Positions 17,622 through 27,213 are shown, counted from the first letter of the stretch. The stretch is DNA of 32,000 nt from Psychrobacter sp. HD31 (GCF_051097895.1 NZ_CP142525.1:510001-542000), one strand, 5' to 3'. Notes: generated by a model not told the origin, from the sequence alone. A program made the numbers and translations.

Positions 17622-18767
17622 ATGAGTATTTGTATAACCGCAACTGGGCTTTATACTCCGCCATACAGCATTAGTAATGAGGAGTTGGTTGAAAGTTTTA
17701 ATCAATACGTTGATAAATATAACAAGCAACATGAAGACGAAATTAATGCTGGAGAAAGAGAAGCATTAGAGCATTCATCTGCTGAATTCATTGAAAAAGT
17801 TTCTGGTATTAAGTCCCGTTATGTCATGGAAAAAGAAGGCATCTTAAATCCAGACATTATGGCGCCGGTTATCCCATATCGCCAATTGGGTGAAGAAGTG
17901 TCAATCATGGCAGAAATGGGGCTGGCTGCGTTACAAGAAGCGCTTGATGAGGCTGGTTTAACTGGCAAAGACTTAGACGGCATTATTGTTGCTTGCTCAA
18001 ACTTTCAGAGAACCTACCCTGCCATTGCCATTGAAATCCAGCACCATATCGGTATGGAAGGTGGTTTTGCCTTTGATATGAATGTTGCTTGTAGTGCAGC
18101 AACCTTTGGCTTATCGCAAGTAGTTGGTGCAATTAAAGGTGGCTTAGGTAAAAAAATTGCCATGTTAAATATTGAAATTTGCACAGCGCACTTAAACTTT
18201 AGAAACCGTGATAGTCACTTTATTTTTGGTGATGTTGCCACTGCAACGATTATTGAAGACTTAGAAACACCAAAAGGCTTTGAAATTGTTAACAGTAGAC
18301 TGTATACCCAGTTTTCAACCAACATTAAAAATGAATACGGCTATTTAGACCGTAGTGAGTTTTTAGCTGCAGAAACAGCCATGTATCCAGACATTACTGA
18401 ACCTGTGACAGACAAGTTGTTTTTACAAAATGGTCGTAAAGTATTCCGTGAAGTTTGCCCTAAAGTATCTGAAATTATCAGCACACATTTGGCAGAAAAT
18501 AATATTGAGTCTAGTGAGCTTAAACGAATGTGGTTACACCAAGCTAATTTGAACATGATTGACTTAATTTTGCGTACTGTTGTTGGCAAAAATGCTGACA
18601 AGTCAATTGCACCAACGGTGATTGATGAGTTTGCTAATACCAGCTCAGCAAGTCCTGTAATTGCTTTCCATAGACATAATGAAGGTTTAAACAGTGGTGA
18701 CCTAACAGTGATGTGCTCTTTTGGCGCAGGTTATTCAATTGGGTCAGTTTTATTGCGTAAAGTATAA
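17622..18767 (+). CDS. Beta-ketoacyl-ACP synthase III family enzyme, long form (381 aa)
   Basis: Thiolase-fold KAS III with a Cys-His-Asn triad (NVACSAATFG, WLHQANLNM, FANTSSAS). The N-terminus GLYTPPYSISNEELVESFN resembles the roughly 370-380 aa KAS III subgroup that I recall includes P. aeruginosa PA3286 (from memory). AAGGA Shine-Dalgarno. Not next to other fab genes. Confidence 0.8.
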   Translation: MSICITATGLYTPPYSISNEELVESFNQYVDKYNKQHEDEINAGEREALEHSSAEFIEKVSGIKSRYVMEKEGILNPDIMAPVIPYRQLGEEVSIMAEMGLAALQEALDEAGLTGKDLDGIIVACSNFQRTYPAIAIEIQHHIGMEGGFAFDMNVACSAATFGLSQVVGAIKGGLGKKIAMLNIEICTAHLNFRNRDSHFIFGDVATATIIEDLETPKGFEIVNSRLYTQFSTNIKNEYGYLDRSEFLAAETAMYPDITEPVTDKLFLQNGRKVFREVCPKVSEIISTHLAENNIESSELKRMWLHQANLNMIDLILRTVVGKNADKSIAPTVIDEFANTSSASPVIAFHRHNEGLNSGDLTVMCSFGAGYSIGSVLLRKV

Positions 18768-18789
18768 ACGTTTTAATATGTCTAAAATT

Positions 18790-18817
18790 AAAGAGCTGAT
18801 CGTGTCAGCTCTTTTTT
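18790..18817 (+). terminator. Rho-independent terminator after the KAS III gene
   Basis: AAAGAGCTGA (18790-18799) / TCAGCTCTTT (18805-18814) with a 5-nt loop and a T-run to 18817. Confidence 0.8.
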
Positions 18818-18924
18818 ATTTGTATATAGCGTAAGAATGTTAATGCGATAATTGCCAAAATATGGCAAAATAGCCGTTTAAGTTTTTTACCCTAAATCAA
18901 ACAAAAGCCAAATTAAGTACAACT

Positions 18925-20007
18925 ATGAAAGAATCGTTACGTTTTCGTTTAGATCAGATGGTAGACCGATTTGAAGAGGTCGAACATTTATTATCTGATC
19001 CTGATGTGATTAGTGATAATAAAAAGTTTAGAGAATTATCGGTTGAACATAGTGATTTAAGCGAAATTACCACGGTGTGGCAAAAATTTTGTCAAACAGA
19101 AGAAGACCTTGAAGCTGCTAAAGAGATGCTGTCTGATCCTGACATGAAAGAAATGGCAGAAGAAGAAATACAAATAGCAAAACAAAGCATTGAACAAATG
19201 CAAGATCAGCTAAATGTGATGATGCTACCTAAAGACCCGAATGACCGTGTACCCGCATTTTTAGAAATTCGTGCAGGGACTGGGGGTGATGAAGCAGCGA
19301 TATTTTCTGGAGACTTGTTCCGTATGTATCAGCGCTATGCACAATCACAAGGCTGGACAGTTGAAGTCCTTTCTGCAAATGAAGGTGAGCATGGCGGTTA
19401 CAAAGAGATTATTAGCAGAGTTTCTGGCGTTGATGTTTATGGTAAATTAAAGTTTGAGTCTGGTGCTCATCGTGTGCAGCGTGTACCAGAAACTGAAAGC
19501 CAGGGTCGCGTACATACCTCTGCCTGTACGGTAGCGGTAATGCCAGAGGTGGAAATCGATGATACCGTTGAGCTTAATCCAGCTGACATTAAAATGGATA
19601 CATATCGCTCAAGCGGCGCAGGTGGTCAGCACGTTAATACCACAGATTCAGCTGTTCGCTTAACGCACATTCCAACAGGGGTGGTGGCAGAGTGTCAACA
19701 AGAGCGTAGTCAACATAAAAACCGTGCCAAAGCAATGACCATGCTGATTTCACGTATCCAGCAAGCAAAAGTGCAACAACAAGTGGATGCGGCTAATAGC
19801 ATGCGTCGTGACTTAGTTGGCAGTGGCGATCGTTCTGATCGTATACGTACTTATAACTTCCCGCAAGGGCGTATGACAGACCATCGAATCAACTTAACTT
19901 TATATAAGTTAGACTCGATTATGGAAGGCGATTTAACCGAACTATTAGATGCGTTATTACGTGAACACCAAGCCGACTTAATGGCAACGATTGGTGGTGA
20001 AGACTAA
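18925..20007 (+). CDS. prfA: Peptide chain release factor 1
   Basis: Colinear with E. coli RF1. GGQ motif ([15 protein letters not shown]), the RF1-type PxT tripeptide (here PET) and no SPF motif. The ORF is uninterrupted, with no RF2-type frameshift. Confidence 0.95.
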   Translation: MKESLRFRLDQMVDRFEEVEHLLSDPDVISDNKKFRELSVEHSDLSEITTVWQKFCQTEEDLEAAKEMLSDPDMKEMAEEEIQIAKQSIEQMQDQLNVMMLPKDPNDRVPAFLEIRAGTGGDEAAIFSGDLFRMYQRYAQSQGWTVEVLSANEGEHGGYKEIISRVSGVDVYGKLKFESGAHRVQRVPETESQGRVHTSACTVAVMPEVEIDDTVELNPADIKMDTYRSSGAGGQHVNTTDSAVRLTHIPTGVVAECQQERSQHKNRAKAMTMLISRIQQAKVQQQVDAANSMRRDLVGSGDRSDRIRTYNFPQGRMTDHRINLTLYKLDSIMEGDLTELLDALLREHQADLMATIGGED

Positions 20008-20100
20008 GCAATATTTGCTAATATCAATATAATAAAATATGTCACAGCGTATCGACTAATTAATATTTTTAAAACACTTTTAAATTATCAGAGAATTTAT

Positions 20101-21633
20101 ATGTCAAATCACAATCAAACTCCTGAAACCCAAACTCAAGAAGACGTAAACGAACTTATTCAACAGCGTCAAAATAAACTGACTGCTATTGCTGAGTCAG
20201 GTAAAGTTGCTTATCCAAATACATTTAAGCGTACTGATTACGCAGCTGATTTACAAAGCAAGTTTGATGGTGTATCAAAACAAGAAATTGAAGAAAAAGC
20301 GGCATCAGGTGAAAAAACACAGGTTAACGTAGCAGGGCGTGTCATGCTTAACCGTGGTGCTTTTATTGTTATTCAAGATATGACAGACCGTATCCAACTT
20401 TATGTTGCCCGTAAAGAGCTTGATAAAGAAACACTGGCAATGATTAAGTCACTTGATTTGGGTGATATTGTTGGTGTAAGTGGTTATATTGGACGTTCTG
20501 GTAAAGGTGATTTGTATGTGCATATAGAAGCCATTACCTTGTTAACTAAATCTTTACGTCCAATGCCAAACAAGTTTCATGGATTAAGTGATACTGAAAG
20601 CCGCTATCGTAATCGTCATCTTGATTTAATGACCAATGATGAGAGCCGTAAAGCCTTTATTATCAGAAGCCAAGTGATTAGTGGTATCCGTAAGTTCATG
20701 TTAGCAGAACGTTTTATGGAAGTTGAAACACCAATGATGCACCCAATTCCAGGTGGTGCGGTTGCACGTCCATTTGAAACGCATCATAATGCTTTAGATA
20801 TGCCTTTATTTTTGCGTATTGCACCAGAGCTTTACTTAAAACGCCTTGTGGTTGGTGGTTTTGAACGTGTATTTGAAATTAACCGTAGCTTCCGTAACGA
20901 GGGGGTTTCGACTCGTCATAATCCAGAATTTACCATGATTGAGTTTTATATGGCGTATGCCGACTATCATGATTTAATGGACTTAACCGAGCGCATGTTT
21001 AGTGAATTGGCAACAGAGATTTTAGGCTCAACCGAGCTAAATTACCAAGGTGAAGAAATTAGCCTTAAAGCACCGTTTGCACGTATGACAATGAAAGAAG
21101 CCATTGTTAAATATGCCCAAAACTTTGATGCAAGTAAGTTTGATGACCGTGATTATTTAGCTGATTATGTAAAAAATGAGTTAAAAGAGCAGGTTAAAGA
21201 TATCTATGGTATTGGTAAGCTCATAACCATTATTTTTGAAGAAACTGCAGAGCATAAACTACGCCAGCCAACTTTTATTACCGAATATCCAGCTGAAACT
21301 TCGCCACTGGCTCGTCGTAATGATGATAACCCAGAGATCACTGACCGTTTTGAAATGTTTATTGGTGGACGTGAGCTAGCCAATGGTTTCAGTGAGCTTA
21401 ATGATCCTGCCGATCAAGCAGAACGTTTTAAAGGACAAGTTGCCGAAAAAGATGCTGGTGATGATGAAGCCATGCACTATGATGCAGAGTATATTGAAGC
21501 GTTAGAATATGGCTTAGCTCCAACTGCAGGTCAGGGGATTGGTATTGACCGCTTGGTAATGCTGTTTACCGATGCAGCAAGTATCCGTGATGTTATTTTG
21601 TTCCCGCATATGCGTCGTAAAACAGAACAATAA
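20101..21633 (+). CDS. lysS: Lysine--tRNA ligase, class II
   Basis: 510 aa. N-terminal OB anticodon-binding domain and class II motifs (FRNEG; GxGxGIDR as [11 protein letters not shown]). Confidence 0.96.
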   Translation: MSNHNQTPETQTQEDVNELIQQRQNKLTAIAESGKVAYPNTFKRTDYAADLQSKFDGVSKQEIEEKAASGEKTQVNVAGRVMLNRGAFIVIQDMTDRIQLYVARKELDKETLAMIKSLDLGDIVGVSGYIGRSGKGDLYVHIEAITLLTKSLRPMPNKFHGLSDTESRYRNRHLDLMTNDESRKAFIIRSQVISGIRKFMLAERFMEVETPMMHPIPGGAVARPFETHHNALDMPLFLRIAPELYLKRLVVGGFERVFEINRSFRNEGVSTRHNPEFTMIEFYMAYADYHDLMDLTERMFSELATEILGSTELNYQGEEISLKAPFARMTMKEAIVKYAQNFDASKFDDRDYLADYVKNELKEQVKDIYGIGKLITIIFEETAEHKLRQPTFITEYPAETSPLARRNDDNPEITDRFEMFIGGRELANGFSELNDPADQAERFKGQVAEKDAGDDEAMHYDAEYIEALEYGLAPTAGQGIGIDRLVMLFTDAASIRDVILFPHMRRKTEQ

Positions 21634-21655
21634 GCTAAGTTTTGTTCTAATTTTT

Positions 21656-21690
21656 AAGCTGGATAATATGATTGTTATCCAGCTTTTTTT
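21656..21690 (+). terminator. Rho-independent terminator after lysS
   Basis: AAGCTGGATAA (21656-21666) / TTATCCAGCTT (21675-21685) plus a T-run. It is preceded by a weaker hairpin, AGAACAA (21623-21629) / TTGTTCT (21642-21648). Confidence 0.8.
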
Positions 21691-21774
21691 ATCGATAATT
21701 ACTATGAAAAAACGGTCGCTTAAGCTAAAATTAAATCTAAATTTTCACAATACTAATTAATAAACTGGTGAAGC

Positions 21775-23919
21775 ATGTCACAGCCCTATCAAGTCCTTGC
21801 TCGTAAATATCGTCCTAATAATTTTCATGAGCTAATTGGGCAATCGCATGTATCGCAAGCGCTGATTAATGCTATTGATCACAATCGTTTACATCATGCC
21901 TACTTATTTACAGGCACACGTGGCGTTGGTAAAACCACCATTGCCCGAATATTATCTAAATGTTTAAACTGTGATACAGGGGTTACCAGCACCCCCTGTG
22001 GTACTTGTGATAGTTGTGTTGCTATCGAACAAGGCAGATTTATTGATTTAATTGAAATTGATGCTGCGTCTCGCACAAAAGTAGAAGATACTCGTGAACT
22101 ATTAGATAACGTACCTTATGCCCCGACGCAAGGCCGATACAAGGTCTATTTAATTGATGAAGTGCATATGCTGTCGACTCACAGTTTTAATGCCCTCCTT
22201 AAAACATTAGAAGAACCACCCGAACATGTTAAGTTTTTGCTTGCAACCACAGATCCGCAAAAACTACCAATTACAATTGTATCGCGCTGCTTGCAATTTG
22301 TACTTCGTCCCTTGCCACAACAACTATTAACTGAACACTTAGCTAAACTGTTAACCAATGAAAATATTGAGTTTGAAGACGCTGCGCTTTGGCAATTGGC
22401 ACATGCTGCCAAAGGCTCAGTTAGGGATTCGTTATCTTTAACTGATCAAGCTGTTGCGTTTGGTCAGGGTAAATTAACTCAAAACACAGTGAATGAAATG
22501 CTAGGTTTGATTGATGGGGCAGACCTAGCTCAACTACTGATAGATATTTTTAATAATGATAAAAAGTCAGTAGCTGCGCATATTGAGCAAATGCGCCAGC
22601 AAATGGTTGATGCAGGCAGCGTGTTTGATGAGTTAACTGATCTGCTACACAAAATTGCATTGTTTCAAATAATGCCTACCATTGAGCTTAATGTGAATCG
22701 TACACAAACACAAGCAATCAATCAGTTAGCCAAGGTAATACCTGCTGATGTATTACAGCTATATTATGAAATTGCAATTAAATCGCGCGAAGGTATTATG
22801 CTTGCCACCACGCCGATGCAAGCGCTAGAAATGTGTATTTTAAGAATGCTCGCATTCCGTCCTTTAACAGCTAACCAAAGCTTTTTAAGCGAAGATGATG
22901 TTGCTGTCATACAAGACACCAATCAGCCTCAAATCGTGGATAATACAGCTATTCATGATACCAACAACCCGATTGAAGAGGATAGTTTAAGTCCTCATCC
23001 TGAAGATGACACAGACACATTAGAAACTGAGGTCATCAAACCAAAACATGTTGAAACAGACGCCATTTTAGATGCAGAAGATACCAATAGCTATATTAAT
23101 GAGACTGAAGCATCATTAGCATTATCAACAGACAGCAGTGAAGCGGTTAAGGTATTAAATCAGGAGCCTGAAACATTAGAAGGTATTGACGAGACTGCCA
23201 ACCAAGATGATTATGTATTGCAACCAAACGAAGCTGAGGTTAGTGACTTATCTGCACAACCATCTTCTTATGCTTCCCAGTTTTCTTCTAATATAACGAC
23301 AAATACGCCAGATATCGAACAAGAACAGCAGGCGGTAGCCGAAACTAAAACAAAAGAGTTTCAGACGAGAAAAAACACGATTGAAAGTAATGATGCTGAT
23401 TTAACTGTAGCAGAAGAAAATCAGACTAACCCTTACGATGATGAGCAAAATGATAATCATAATTCTGTTGATCCAAGAATGCTCTTAGATGTTAAAGAAC
23501 AAAACCTAACAGGTGACTGGACTGCAGAAAAATGGGATTTTTGGCTACACAAAGCAAGAGAAGAGGCAGTCTTAGATGCAGAAGAAATAGCATTTGCTCG
23601 CCAGGGTGTGATGGAAGGAAGCTGTGATGGTGAAAGTACTTTTATGACAACAGCCGATGTCCATCAATTCAAACCTTTATTTAATAAGATTTGTAAAAAA
23701 CTAACTCAGCAATTTAGTAATGCCAGCTACCAAATGCAAGCTGCCGATGCAAACAATTTACAAAAAGTAGCTAAAGCATCCCCTTATGAGCTAGCTAAAA
23801 AAAGAAAGCTGGCTGCTGAAAACGCTGCAAAAGTGATGCTGATGCAATCAACTGTGATGCAAAAGCTTGAACAAATTGATGATGTAGATATTGAAGCGAT
23901 TAAATTAAGAATCGATTAA
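21775..23919 (+). CDS. dnaX: DNA polymerase III subunit tau (gamma/tau), with a long acidic linker
   Basis: Walker A GTRGVGKTT, a Cys zinc module (CNCDTG..CGTCDSC), DEVHML and the SRC motif (IVSRCLQF). Residues from about 365 to 575 form an acidic, low-complexity linker ahead of a conserved C-terminal domain of about 140 aa. GGTGA Shine-Dalgarno. Confidence 0.95.
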   Translation: MSQPYQVLARKYRPNNFHELIGQSHVSQALINAIDHNRLHHAYLFTGTRGVGKTTIARILSKCLNCDTGVTSTPCGTCDSCVAIEQGRFIDLIEIDAASRTKVEDTRELLDNVPYAPTQGRYKVYLIDEVHMLSTHSFNALLKTLEEPPEHVKFLLATTDPQKLPITIVSRCLQFVLRPLPQQLLTEHLAKLLTNENIEFEDAALWQLAHAAKGSVRDSLSLTDQAVAFGQGKLTQNTVNEMLGLIDGADLAQLLIDIFNNDKKSVAAHIEQMRQQMVDAGSVFDELTDLLHKIALFQIMPTIELNVNRTQTQAINQLAKVIPADVLQLYYEIAIKSREGIMLATTPMQALEMCILRMLAFRPLTANQSFLSEDDVAVIQDTNQPQIVDNTAIHDTNNPIEEDSLSPHPEDDTDTLETEVIKPKHVETDAILDAEDTNSYINETEASLALSTDSSEAVKVLNQEPETLEGIDETANQDDYVLQPNEAEVSDLSAQPSSYASQFSSNITTNTPDIEQEQQAVAETKTKEFQTRKNTIESNDADLTVAEENQTNPYDDEQNDNHNSVDPRMLLDVKEQNLTGDWTAEKWDFWLHKAREEAVLDAEEIAFARQGVMEGSCDGESTFMTTADVHQFKPLFNKICKKLTQQFSNASYQMQAADANNLQKVAKASPYELAKKRKLAAENAAKVMLMQSTVMQKLEQIDDVDIEAIKLRID

Positions 23920-23999
23920 AAATAGATTTTTTGTTGAATTATTTGCTATAATTGTTTAGTTTTATTTAACAATATTGATATTAAGGATAAAAAAATATT

Positions 24000-24902
24000 A
24001 TGTTTGATAGTTTGCGTGGCATGGTTGTTTTTGCAAAGGTTGTTGAACATGGATCTTTTAGTGGTGCTGCCAAAGAGCTTGGTATTACAACCAGTGCGGT
24101 TAGTCAGCAAATTCGCTCTTTAGAAAGTGATTTAGGCATTGTCTTATTACATCGTTCAACCAGAAAACTTAGCTTAACAGATGCAGGTATTAGTTTTTAT
24201 GAGTCTGCTACGAATGTGGTACAGGCAGCAGAGCAGGGTTGGGGCCGAGTCAATCAACTGCGTGATGAGTTAGCAGGTACATTGCGTATTGCAACCACAC
24301 CAGAGCTTGGTGTTAACCATTTATTGCCTGCATTGTCTGATTGGATTTTGCAAAATGATGAATTAAATATCAATATTTTAGCAGATAATCATTATATTGA
24401 TTTGATTGAACAACGGGTTGATATAGCTATAAGGATGAGTACCAAACTTGATAACGAGCAATTTGAAGCATGCAAACTTGCAAATGTTAGACAAGTATTA
24501 CTTGCGTCGCCTGACTATCTTAAAAATGCAGCAAAAATTGAATCGCCTAAAGATTTATGCAAGCATAAAATGATTGGTATTGATTTGATTAAAGAAGTTA
24601 ATCAACTTCAACTGCAAGATGTAACAACGGGTAAAAAGACCAAAGTAAAAATCCCATCTAAGATTTCTACTAACAATGTTATGTTAGCAACTGACATGGC
24701 AAAAAATGGGCATGGCATTGTACGTCTATTAAAGCTACATGCTGACGATTATCTTAAATCTGGCGATTTGGTAGAAGTGCTCCCAAATTTTAAATTAGCG
24801 GATTATGTTTTATATTGCATCACCTTAAAAAGAGAACAACAACCCAAAAAAGTGATTAAATGTCTTGATGTATTAAAAAGTTATTTTAGTAAACTGTCTT
24901 AA
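24000..24902 (+). CDS. LysR-family transcriptional regulator
   Basis: N-terminal wHTH (FSGAAKELGITTSAVSQQIRSLE) plus a LysR substrate-binding domain, 300 aa. The target is unknown. Confidence 0.9.
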   Translation: MFDSLRGMVVFAKVVEHGSFSGAAKELGITTSAVSQQIRSLESDLGIVLLHRSTRKLSLTDAGISFYESATNVVQAAEQGWGRVNQLRDELAGTLRIATTPELGVNHLLPALSDWILQNDELNINILADNHYIDLIEQRVDIAIRMSTKLDNEQFEACKLANVRQVLLASPDYLKNAAKIESPKDLCKHKMIGIDLIKEVNQLQLQDVTTGKKTKVKIPSKISTNNVMLATDMAKNGHGIVRLLKLHADDYLKSGDLVEVLPNFKLADYVLYCITLKREQQPKKVIKCLDVLKSYFSKLS

Positions 24903-24934
24903 GCGCTAATTTAAAAATATTAGATAAAAAAAGC

Positions 24935-24969
24935 AAGAGAGTTACCCAGCATTGTAGGGTAACCCTCTT
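24935..24969. terminator. Bidirectional terminator between the convergent LysR gene and argD
   Basis: AAGAGAGTTACCC (24935-24947) / GGGTAACCCTCTT (24957-24969), with one bulge. There is a T-rich tract on both strands, stronger on the minus strand. Confidence 0.65.
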
Positions 24970-25010
24970 CCTTTTCACTTTAATCCTCAACTATTTTTTT
25001 ATGAGTGTGA

Positions 25011-26207
25011 TTAAACCACTGTATTTATTAGCACTGTATTTATTAGCTTAGTTAAGCGGTTAATCAGCTCATCCGTATCTTCATCAGACAAGTTAAGAGG
25101 TGGTAATAAACGAATCACATGACCACCGGTGACATTAATGAGCATTTTGTATTCATCTCTTGCAACATCAACGAGTTTGCTACAGTCAACATCTGTTGGT
25201 AGCACAATACCAATCATCATCCCTTTACCACGTGTGGTTATGCTTTTATTTTTAAATAGGGTATAAATTTGTTGTTGAATTTTATCCCCTTGTTTTACAG
25301 CATTATCCATCACATTACTTTGTTCTAATTCATCAAAAACGGCACAAATAACACGGCTGGCCAAATGTGTGCCACCAAAGGTTGAACCATGAGCCCCAAA
25401 TCCAAACAAGTTTTGAGCACGACCACTTACCAAGCAAGCCCCAACAGGGAAGCCATTACCCAAACCTTTAGCAGTGGTTAAAACATCTGGTTTGACGTCA
25501 CTATGTAAAAAAGCAAAATATTTACCCGTTCTACCATTACCGGTTTGTACTTCATCTAGCATAAACAAAATATCATGTTTATCACACAGTGCATGAACCT
25601 CATTTAAATATTCAAAGCCATTTTTAGCAGTGTTTAATCCACCTTCTCCTTGAATAGGCTCTAAAAAAATAGCACAGATATCATCATGATTTGCAAGCAC
25701 TGTTTTAATTGCATCTATATCACCAAAAGGGACACGGATAAAGTCATCATCTAAGGTGTAAAAGCCCTCACGGGCTTTTGGGTTTGCGGTGGCAGAAACG
25801 GTTAATAGCGTGCGACCATGAAAAGAGTTTTCCATGACAATCACTTTAGGGCGACTAAAGCCTTTATCATTTGCAAATTTTCTGGCAAGTTTTAAAGCAC
25901 ACTCATTGGCTTCAGCACCACTGTTGGCAAAAAAGACGCTGTCCATATTGGTAACTTGACATAGCTTGTCGGCAGCTTGTTCTTGCCAGTCTATTTGATA
26001 TAAGTTACTGGTATGCAGTAGTTGGTTGGCTTGCTCATTAATGGCATTAGTTATAGCAGGGTGACAATGCCCTAGACCACAAACAGCGATGCCAGTTAGC
26101 GCATCAAGGTATGCCGTACCATCTTGTGTATAAAGCCAGCTACCACTGCCTTTTACAAAGCTAATAGGTTGACGGTTGTACGTGGGCATAATATGTGTTG
26201 TCATCAT
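25011..26207 (-). CDS. argD: Acetylornithine (class III, PLP-dependent) aminotransferase
   Basis: Class III aminotransferase signatures (DEVQTGNGRTG; the PLP lysine in LTTAKGLGNGFP). The N-terminus IMPTYNRQPISFVKG is typical of ArgD/AstC. ArgD versus a succinylornithine or other specificity cannot be resolved by eye. Confidence 0.8.
   Translation of the reverse strand: MMTTHIMPTYNRQPISFVKGSGSWLYTQDGTAYLDALTGIAVCGLGHCHPAITNAINEQANQLLHTSNLYQIDWQEQAADKLCQVTNMDSVFFANSGAEANECALKLARKFANDKGFSRPKVIVMENSFHGRTLLTVSATANPKAREGFYTLDDDFIRVPFGDIDAIKTVLANHDDICAIFLEPIQGEGGLNTAKNGFEYLNEVHALCDKHDILFMLDEVQTGNGRTGKYFAFLHSDVKPDVLTTAKGLGNGFPVGACLVSGRAQNLFGFGAHGSTFGGTHLASRVICAVFDELEQSNVMDNAVKQGDKIQQQIYTLFKNKSITTRGKGMMIGIVLPTDVDCSKLVDVARDEYKMLINVTGGHVIRLLPPLNLSDEDTDELINRLTKLINTVLINTVV
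25018..25047. repeat. Perfect 15-bp tandem duplication inside the argD 3' end
   Basis: ACTGTATTTATTAGC at 25018-25032 and again at 25033-25047. On the coding strand this is GCTAATAAATACAGT x2, giving the in-frame duplication LINTV-LINTV just before the stop codon. Confidence 0.9.
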
Positions 26208-26258
26208 TTTTAAATATCCAAAATAGTTAATGATAAAAAGATAGATTGTGTGCAGTAT

Positions 26259-26468
26259 TTAGCTATTTAAATCGGCAGAAAATGGGTCATCTTCACTGGC
26301 AATTTTATAATCTTCATTTGCCCAAGCGCCAAGGTCTATCATTTTGCAACGTTCCGAGCAAAAGGGTTTAAAGTTATTATCAGCCCAGTTTGTTAATTTT
26401 TTACATCTGGGGCATGGATATTGCTTAGGAGCACTGGATTGCGTACGATTGGCTAAGTTATCTGTCAT
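26259..26468 (-). CDS. yacG: DNA gyrase inhibitor YacG (zinc finger)
   Basis: 69 aa with CPRC..(17 aa)..FCSERC, the Cys4 zinc ribbon, and the DLGAWA motif characteristic of YacG. Confidence 0.85.
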   Translation of the reverse strand: MTDNLANRTQSSAPKQYPCPRCKKLTNWADNNFKPFCSERCKMIDLGAWANEDYKIASEDDPFSADLNS

Positions 26469-26547
26469 AATTTACTTATTTATTGCTATTGACGCTGTAT
26501 AATATCATGATTTTGTAAACAAACTGAGTCAGATTTTGGTGGTATTA

Positions 26548-27213
26548 ATGAATAAAAATAATCAAACACATAACTTGTCGCATCATAAAAATAGAGCATT
26601 TAAGCCAGAAAAGATAAACCCACCGAGAATCTTTGATAGTAAAAGTTGGCAATGGTTAACACAATCTAAAAATGAGATTGTGTTAGAAATTGGTGCAGGA
26701 AAAGGGTTACATGCTATCCAGTTTGCCGCGCAAAATAAGGATAAGACAATCATAGCAATTGAACGCACAGCAGAAAAGTTTGCTGCATTTAATAAAAATG
26801 CACAACCCAAAAATTTGGCGAATCTTTATCCTGTCCATGCCGATGCAATTGCCTGGTCTGTATTTGCATTGCCTGCACAATCAATTAGCCAAGCTTTTAT
26901 TTTATATCCAAACCCAGAGCGCAATAATGCCAATCAACAATGGTTAAACATGCCATATTTTGAGTTTTTGTTATCCCGTTTAAAAAATGATGCAACCATT
27001 ACGATTGCCAGTAACATAATGGAGTATTTAGATAATGCACAGGCGCAAAGTACAGAGGTTTGGCAATTACCAACAACCCGAGAGGTTGTAGACAAAACCA
27101 GCAGTAGAACCCATTTTGAAATAAAATACCTTGCAAGAGGTGAGCCATGTGAACAATTGGTGATAACCAAACCTGCTGGCTATGTTACAAGATTTGATAA
27201 CGACAACCCTTAG
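26548..27213 (+). CDS. TrmB-family (tRNA m7G46 methyltransferase fold) SAM-dependent methyltransferase, divergent
   Basis: SAM motif I LEIGAGKG. Colinear with E. coli TrmB (IAIE vs LGIE; THFEIKYLARG vs TKFEQRGHRLG), but the FPDPW motif is replaced by YPNPE. ATG at 26548 is preferred over the TTG at 26536 used in the ORF track. Confidence 0.6.
   Translation: MNKNNQTHNLSHHKNRAFKPEKINPPRIFDSKSWQWLTQSKNEIVLEIGAGKGLHAIQFAAQNKDKTIIAIERTAEKFAAFNKNAQPKNLANLYPVHADAIAWSVFALPAQSISQAFILYPNPERNNANQQWLNMPYFEFLLSRLKNDATITIASNIMEYLDNAQAQSTEVWQLPTTREVVDKTSSRTHFEIKYLARGEPCEQLVITKPAGYVTRFDNDNP

Noticed and set aside
19486-19494. RF1 stop-codon recognition tripeptide reads PET instead of the E. coli PAT
   Set aside because: The middle position of PxT is known to vary among functional RF1 proteins. 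Without an alignment I cannot show this is unusual for the lineage.
18925-21633. prfA-lysS adjacency recalling the E. coli prfB-lysS operon, raising the question of a hidden RF2-type +1 frameshift
   Set aside because: The ORF is uninterrupted and clearly RF1 (PxT-type motif, colinear with E. coli RF1, no SPF, no early in-frame stop), so no recoding is involved.
21572-21760. 62-aa ORF overlapping the lysS 3' end and the lysS-dnaX spacer
   Set aside because: It is out of frame with the lysS C-terminus, reads straight through the strong terminator hairpin (21656-21690), and its composition reflects AT-rich spacer sequence.
22867-23500. Long acidic, low-complexity stretch in dnaX as a possible foreign insertion or fused gene
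   Set aside because: The frame is continuous with conserved domains on both sides, and tau proteins commonly carry variable linkers between domain III and the C-terminal domain. It is treated as a linker, and only the embedded slippery heptamer is reported.
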